Shown here piece after piece: positions 52,706 through 60,000 of a stretch of 60,000 nucleotides of DNA (within the stretch, counting starts at the first letter, position 1; each line of letters opens with the position of its first letter). The stretch lies in NCBI GenBank assembly GCA_038087875.1, contig CM075989.1:14944001-15004000 (forward strand). The letters are read 5' to 3'. The position numbers and the translations under genes were made by a program. This DNA is from Malacoraja senta. Taxonomy: Eukaryota. A model generated the notes under the pieces. The model was not told the origin of the DNA, searched no databases, and saw only the letters and a list, made by a program, of their open reading frames with translations.

Positions 52706-54381
52706 TGGTAACATTGCTCGGATAGTCCCATTGTAGACAACCACATTATGTCTGACATTGAATTTCAATCTGAAGAAGGGTTTCGGCCCGAAACGTTGCC
52801 TATTTCCTTCGCTCCATAGATGCTGCTGCACCTGCTGAGTTTCTCCAGCATTTTTGTGTACCTTGGATTTCAATGTTGTGGAGGGTTGATTTGTAGCAAA
52901 CACACAATGAAAACTAGAGCATCTTTTGAATCAATGGAGCATCAACCATCTCACTTGACATGACACACGCAGCCAGTTTCAGATAAAGAGATCTTTCATT
53001 TCATATTTCCATGAATAAATTATTTGCTGCAAAAACAAAAGCTTGAATGTGACGATGAGTGTTTATTAAAACTACACTCAAGCAAGTTTTGCCTTTCAGT
53101 TTGCACAGGATCAAGAACAGATTTAGGCTTAGTCTCACAAGACTTTAAGACACCAAGGTTAAGTACATAATATCAATTATTGTACAGATTGAGATTACTA
53201 TACCATGTGGCTTTCATTTCTTGCTTTTCCCAAAGGGGTGACTGCACATTGGACTGCTGGGGTTTAGCACCGTTGAGGAATGGATCTACTGGGGTATGTT
53301 TCTGCAGAGGTGCAGTAAAGCTGGAACTGGCCTGAGGTTTAGATCTAATGGAAGATGGTTCTGCAGAGGTATGAACAATTGAGGATTGGGATGCAAGCAA
53401 AAGCCTCCACATGGTGCATCCCGGGCAATGCTGACGACAGAAACTGTACCACAGTGACTGACTGAAGTAGACAATTCTGCAACCACCGACCGTCAACCAT
53501 CACTGACCGACCAGAAAGACGTGATATGGGAGATGGCCGGACACGAGGAAGAAGTTGGGGAATAATTCTAGTGGAGCGGGCTCTGTTGAGGCAGTATGTA
53601 ATCCCCATCCTCTCCAATGACAACTCTTGCCCACATTTCTACTAACTTCCGGTATTTTTCCGCCTGCCTCAAAGGCATAAGACCGATGGTTGCAAAGCCA
53701 TAGCCCTAATGGTTGACGTTATCTATAGGAGGGCAGACCAGTCAAGTGGCTTTCCATGTCCCACAAGATTTGTCAAACAGGATCTAACGTGGAGGATAAG
53801 AAACGTATCAGCAATGAGCATCTGTACTGTTGCTGAAAAGGTGGAGGTCATTTGGATGACAAGGAGTAGAAATTAGTCTTTGATAGCTCAAATTAAATAG
53901 CCACTAAACTGTAGCAGCTGTGTGTTGTATTCAGCTCGAGTCGAGACTTCAGTTGTTACTGATACATTGTGAGGAAGGAATATCCCAAGGGGGCCCTGTA
54001 CCCAAGGCTCTTATAATGCTAGTGACCAAAAAACAAATACTCCGCTAACAACCTTAAAGATGACACGATGAATAGAATCCGCTGTTGTATGTCCACCAAC
54101 ATGTGGTCAGAATACACATTTCTGCTCCCCTCTCCCTGCTCTTCCATATCCACACATCATAGAAACATTTGTTTAATACCCTCAGATCAATAAGACATAT
54201 AAATCCCTACAAACAGTAATAAGCCGCAGCAGCTTTCTGGATGACGCGTGGTGAGATTGCGAGAGGGTGCCCAGGTGGAAGATTGCAACCGATCCCATCA
54301 AACCATCTCCCCGGGTATTGCTGGCAACGAGAGGCACTTTAAAGTGAAGGCACTTTTGCAAAAGCCTGAGGAGCAGCGAGC

Positions 54382-54590
54382 ATTCTCTGCCTCAGAGGGC
54401 GGTGGAGGCAGGTTCTCTGGATGCTTTCAAGAGAGAGCTAGATAGGGCTCTTAAAAATAGCGGAGTCAGGGGATATGGGGAGAAGGCAGGAACGGGGTAC
54501 TGATTGGGGATGATCAGCCATGATCACATTGAATGGCGGTGCTGGCTCGAAGGGCCAAATGGCCTACTCCTGCACCTATTGTCTATATTG
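54382..54590 (+). mobile_element. CR1 LINE 3' end
   Basis: Near-identical to the reverse complement of 11065-11270. Confidence 0.85.
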
Positions 54591-54664
54591 TCATTGCCTC
54601 TGCACACTTCATAGCAGCAGTAGCCTAACTACAGATCATAACCCTCCTGAGTTGCAATAGAATA

Positions 54665-56842
54665 ATCTGTTACTGTTCCTCTTGTTTTATTGTACAACAT
54701 ACATTCAGTGAACAACAGAATGATCGCCGTGTTTCTGCTGCAATAACACGAGGGGCCCAAAACAACTTGGAGGGGGGAAAAAAAGAAAACAAAGCTATTA
54801 AGTATTGAAATGCTTTTCAAAAGTGCTGAAAATCTCAATTAAAAATCAGGTCCAGTTTCCATGAAAACAGTGTTTTATTATAAATAGACCATACATCAGC
54901 TTCCCCAGTGTGGTGCACAAAATCAATTTTCCAGCTGAATTTAATTCATTTCATTGTAAGTGCACAATGTATTTACAAAATAGTTTCCATCCACTCCTTT
55001 CTTGTTTCAGATTCTATTCTAAAATACAACCTTAAATATGAAAGATAATAACGCATGCATCATCTTTTTTAATATAACTATAAAAGTTAGTGGATTATTT
55101 TCGTAAGATATTTACAAATCTGAAGTGAATATATATTGTGCAGAACACAAATATAATTTAAGGTAGATGTACAATTTGGAATCACTATGCTTTGTAATAT
55201 ATACACACAACTGAAAATAATTGCCTTATAAACTATAATTGAAGGGTAACTTTAATAATCATTTGTTTTACGATATGAATAATTCACTTCCATAAAGTCC
55301 AATTGTTACAATATTCAAATCAATTCTCTGCATCCTGAAATGAAAATACATCTTTGACAATATCTGTGGTTAAATCACCATTTCTTAAGAATTCTGATTG
55401 CCTGCATCAAGATTTTACCCTGTAATCAGCTTGATTTGGACACTTTCATCTATCTACAAAAATTCAAGTTCAGTCTTGCAATTTCTGACCTACTATAAAT
55501 CAGTACTTGTTTATCCAGAGGTGAGGACTTAATTGTTTTTGTCCATGACAGGCTTTATGCTTCATGCTTTTAAAAAAAACCTCAGAAGACGTCAAGCATA
55601 TTTTGTTTCATCAGAAATATAGGTCATCCCTTTTTTTGGACAAGGTCCAATTCGCAAGCTGTAACTTGCTCCACAAAAAGGCAACGCAGAATATTGTTTT
55701 AATTCGGGTAACAATTTAGATTTTTCAACTTGTTGGAATCCTAAAGAAAAGTTTTGCTGAACTTCATTTTTAAAAGAACACTAACGAGGAGGGAATTTAG
55801 TGTATAGTGTGTTCCACCATGTAAACATAGCACACTGACAACATCCTCAGCAGCCTCTGTCCTTCCTCTGCATACCAATAGACAAGCCACCATAATTAAG
55901 TAAGCTGACAAGCGCAAATTCTGCAACCAACATCTGTTCAGTATTAAGTACAGCATCTGGAATCCTCAAGAAACAAGATTGAGGTAAAGTGGAAAATACA
56001 AGATTGTTTCAGAAAGCATCAATAATTATAGTCATAGTTCATCATAATCACATTTTCTGAAGGTGCTATCAAAAGATCAAAAAAGATTTCAGAAGTAAAC
56101 AAGTTTGCTGCTTGCGACCAAATGACATTCTAAAACCTAAATTTGGCACTAGATCTCCATATATCCAATCTCCCTTCAGACTCCAGGTTTACCTTCGACT
56201 TTCACAGTAATTTGCCCATTTATTTTTAGAGTTAAGTTTGCTGTCTGTGGTTGTTGCAGCTGTACAAGGGCAGCAATTTTTAACCTACACAAAATCATCA
56301 TTGGGCAAATTTAACAGTTATGCTACATACGTTAGCTAAAAACTACAAGGTTACCAAGTTGCATTTGGGCACTGGTGACCCAAATTACAGTGACTGAACA
56401 CTGCAACCATGGTAGCAGAGGCTGGGGAAGCGGTACATGTTACTGCACAGCACTGGCTGACAGTGGCACAGATTACTGAATCTTTATGAGCGCTGTACAG
56501 CATTGATCCTGAACAACATCAAGATCATGAGGTCACTGAAGTGATTGGGAGTTTAAAAAAAACAACTATACTAACTGTATCGCCACAGTTACACGTATCA
56601 AAGCAATATTCAACAGTTAACAAAATAAAACATAAAAATCATAACTTCAAAGACAAACATTTCAGGGAAATGTAAATGCTTGCTGAATACTTAGTCTGTT
56701 AGTTATTTATTAGCTTAACAATAAGACATATTTTCCTGCATACGTGAATTAACCTGGTAGTTCCATTGCTGGATAATTGGCTTTGTACTTCAGTACATTT
56801 GTTGCATTATGTGACCAAGCTACATCCACCAGCTGTGGTCCT
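54665..56842 (-). other. NEDD4: Probable NEDD4 3'UTR
   Basis: AT-rich stretch with no recognisable repeats after the stop codon. AATAAA on the minus strand at 54686-54691 is preceded by TGTA. The 3' end position is inferred. Confidence 0.55.
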
Positions 56843-56959
<117 letters not shown>

Positions 56960-57109
56960 TCACATCCTGCATTTAATGCAATCTTAGCAAAAGGGAGGTT
57001 TTTTTTTTTTGTTATTAAGCTTCATGTTCTTCGACATTTCAGAATCAGACTGGTCATGCAGTTATTTTTCCGACACACTTTTATAAAAAGGCAAAAATGT
57101 AAAAGTTAC

Positions 57110-57182
57110 CATGTATGAGCTCTTGGTAATTTTTCAGGTGTTCCCCACTGCTCAATGGTAAATAACTGTGGTCCATTCGATC
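57110..57182 (-). CDS. NEDD4: NEDD4 penultimate coding exon (HECT, up to the catalytic Cys codon)
   Basis: 73 bp with GAG acceptor and GTAAC donor. Reads [25 protein letters not shown]. Confidence 0.93.
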
Positions 57183-57296
57183 CTCGAATAAAAGAGAACA
57201 AAAACAAATCTTTCACCCATTTAAAACGAACAGAATCGTAGATTTCTACATTAATTCATCTGGGATTTTTTTTTAAATCTTCTAAATTCACTCTTA

Positions 57297-57449
<153 letters not shown>

Positions 57450-57895
57450 TTATTTTTTATAATTCTCACTTTTATTCCACATACACAGATATTCTACAAA
57501 CTAAGGTGTTCATGTCTCCTCTTTTTCACTTATTGCCTTGATAGCACCCGAATCAGAACACTTCTGAATATATTTTTTAATTGTTTTTTTTCAAACACAT
57601 CACAATTCTAGTGGAACAGGCAGAGGCAGACACTCAGTTGTGTAGTGACCACAATGGTACAAGAACTGGAAGTGAGAAAAGACTCGGACAAACTAGGCAA
57701 CAGAACCTCAGGCAGGGAGGTCAATTATTGGCTAGGGAAGGTGTGACCTCAAGAGGGGTACATTGTTGCGAACTATGGAAGGGGTGGGGGGGGGGGGGCG
57801 GGGGGAGTATTCGTAGAAGTTACTTAAAATTAGAGAACTCAACGCTCATGCTGCTGTGTTGTAAGCTACCCTAGCAAAATATGAGGTGCTGAGGA

Positions 57896-58140
57896 ATTCA
57901 ATTCACTCCTCGTGATATCAAGCAGCTGCTGAGAACATTAGCAAGGCAACCGTTAGGGAACCAACAATCCAATCCTCCAGCTGCTGCACCAAAGACCTGC
58001 CATATCTTTAGCCAGGCTGCCCTGGCACAGTTACAACAACAGCATATGCGCTCAATGAAGAAAATCGTCCAGTTATATTTCATTTCCAAAAAGGACAAAT
58101 CCAACCCAGCAAATTACTGCTCAATCAATTTACTAATCAT
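57896..58140 (+). mobile_element. Old CR1/L2-group LINE RT fragment, host of nested insertions
   Basis: KKDKSNPANYCSINLL resembles the NYRPISLL motif. It continues in pieces at ~58280-58340 and 58490-58560. Confidence 0.6.
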
Positions 58141-58561
58141 GGAATGGAATACTTTATTGTCACATGTGACTCGCAGTGAGATTCTTTACTGCATACACAA
58201 TGTATACAAACAGCAGTCACCTACGGCGCTGACAAAGTTACAAAGCACGCCGGCTCCCACTTTTGTTCTCCCCCCCCCCCATCAGCAAAGTGATAGAATA
58301 TGTCTGTGAAAGTGCTATTAAATAACACTTATAGATCAATAACCTGGTACAGATACATGGATAAGGAAGATCCTGCAGGATATGGGCCCAGCGCAGGTAT
58401 ATAGGACTAGCTAAGAAGGAGAATCTTGGTCAGAATGGACGTGTTGGGTCAAAGGGCCAGTGTCTGTGCTGCATGACTTTATGAATCTAACCTCCACACT
58501 GATGCCCAGTTTGGGTTTCACCGCGATTGCTCCGTTCCAGACTTTATCGTAGCCTTGGCCC

Positions 58562-59081
58562 AAAGGACATTATAGCCATAGAGGGAGTGCAGAGAAGGTT
58601 CACCAGACTGATTCCTGGGATGTCAGGACTTTCATACGAAGAAAGACTGGATAGACTTGGCTTATACTCGCTAGAATTTAGGAGATTGAGAGGGGATCTT
58701 ATAGAAACGTACAAAATTCTTATGGGGTTGGACAGGCTAGATGCAGGAAGATTGTTCCCGATGTTGGGGAAGTCCAGGACAAGGGGTCACAGCTTAAGGA
58801 TAAGGGGGAAATCCTTTAAGACCGAGATGAGGAAAAACTTTTTCACACAGAGAGTGGTGAATCTCTGGAACTCTCTGCCACACAGGGTAGTTGAGGCCAG
58901 TTCATTGGCTATATTTAAGAGGGAGTTAGATGTGGCCCTTGTGGCTAAGGGGATCAGGGGGTATGGAGAGAAGGCAGGTACAGGATACTGAGTTGGATGA
59001 TCAGCCATGATCATATTGAATGGCGGTGCAGGCTCGAAGGGCCGAATGGCCTACTCCTGCACCTATTTTCTATGTATCTAT
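58562..59081 (+). mobile_element. CR1-clade LINE 3' fragment, near-identical to 39570-40080
   Basis: Same ORF2 C-terminus and tail. Inserted into an older LINE remnant within the NEDD4 intron. Confidence 0.9.
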
Positions 59082-59107
59082 GAAAGAAAGATCATAATTC
59101 CGATAGT

Positions 59108-59242
59108 CTTCTTCTTCTTCTTGCAAATGGTGTGCACAGCCGAAAGTTGTAGGACAACTTGTTCTATTTGATCTTATTTGATTGTGCACGCCAGGTTGAT
59201 TGCATTCGTCGAAACAGGGCGGACCACGTGAAGGTTGCAATC
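59108..59242 (-). mobile_element. Short non-autonomous retroelement with a (GAA)n tail and HDV-like ribozyme core
   Basis: 9-bp TSD TCCGATAGT at 59099-107 and 59243-51. Ends ...CCATTTGCAAGAAGAAGAAGAAG. Confidence 0.85.
59198..59242 (-). ncRNA. HDV/CPEB3-like ribozyme core lacking the 5' P1 strand
   Basis: GATTGCA (P2) ACC (P3) TTCACGT (L3) GGT (P3') CCGCCCT (P1') G T-TTCG-A CGAA (J4/2) TGCAATC (P2'). Confidence 0.75.
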
Positions 59243-59921
59243 TCCGATAGTGAACAAGAGTGATGGCCATTGGCATCAAGCCAGCATCTGACCTGGCACA
59301 ATGGTATCAGCGAGCACCATTCTTACTTGCCTTGCTCCACTGACAGCACTTCTCAAAATCATGAGTCCCATCAACAAATAGGAAAAAGGGCAGCAGGCGC
59401 ATGGTAAAAACATCATCTACAGATTCTCTCCAAGTTATACATCATCACAACCTGGAAATACATTGCTGTTTCACCATCTTGCCTCTTTCTACCCAACAGC
59501 ATTGGGGGAAAATCTTCACGAGAAGGACTAGAGCCATTCAAGGCGGCAGTGGATAACCACATTTGTAGGGATGATTAGCCATGAACAACATGTGCTCGAC
59601 TACCACTGACACCCACATCATTAAAAAATTAACAAAATAAAACAAAGGATAAAGACAGGTCTAAAAGCTAAAATATTAGAAAGAAATCAGGCCATCAGTT
59701 AAGAAGCCAAATGGAAGCAACATCAATTGGTCTCAATAAACACCTGCAGTTGTGTGCATTGCACTCTTTGTATGTTTGTTTTTTGTGTGTTTGTGTGCAA
59801 GTATGTGTGTATATATTTTTAAAAAGATAAGACACAAAAAGCTGGAGTAACTCAGCGGGACAGGCAGCATCTCTGGAGAGAAGGAATGGGTAAGATTTCG
59901 GGTTGAGACCCTTCTTCAGGG

Positions 59922-60000
59922 TATATATATATATATATATATATATAATGTGCGTGTGTGTGTGCGTGTGTGTATATATATATATATATGTGTGTGTGTG
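59922..60000. repeat. (TA)/(TG) microsatellite
   Basis: Directly visible. Confidence 0.9.

Noticed and set aside
54275..54300. GATTGCAACC matching the start of the HDV-like core
   Set aside because: It is not followed by L3, P3' or P2', so it is likely a chance match.

Overview
Eukaryotic genomic DNA from a vertebrate, most likely a cartilaginous fish (skate/ray-like, inferred from V-SINE/HE1-type SINEs, Deu-SINEs and abundant CR1 and Penelope remnants). Two minus-strand genes are present in the same order and orientation as in mammals. The first is protogenin (PRTG): nine consecutive GT-AG coding exons (Ig2-Ig4 and FNIII repeats, 1694-18339) that continue beyond base 1. Its first two exons and promoter could not be found and probably lie in the 200-N gap at 25109-25308. 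The second is NEDD4: the last three coding exons (HECT C-lobe, stop at 56843-56845) and a probable ~2.2 kb 3'UTR. The rest is intron or intergenic DNA rich in repeats. The most notable non-genic signals are: (1) a 135-bp TSD-flanked retroelement in a NEDD4 intron with an HDV/CPEB3-like ribozyme core that lacks its 5' P1 strand; (2) many short Penelope-derived units with minimal hammerhead-ribozyme-like cores; (3) three distinct PIF/Harbinger MITEs and a fossil two-gene Harbinger; (4) a templated insertion in a MITE palindrome; (5) a 75-nt hairpin; and (6) a strong CTCF motif between the genes. All family assignments are by-eye recognition; no database searches were run.
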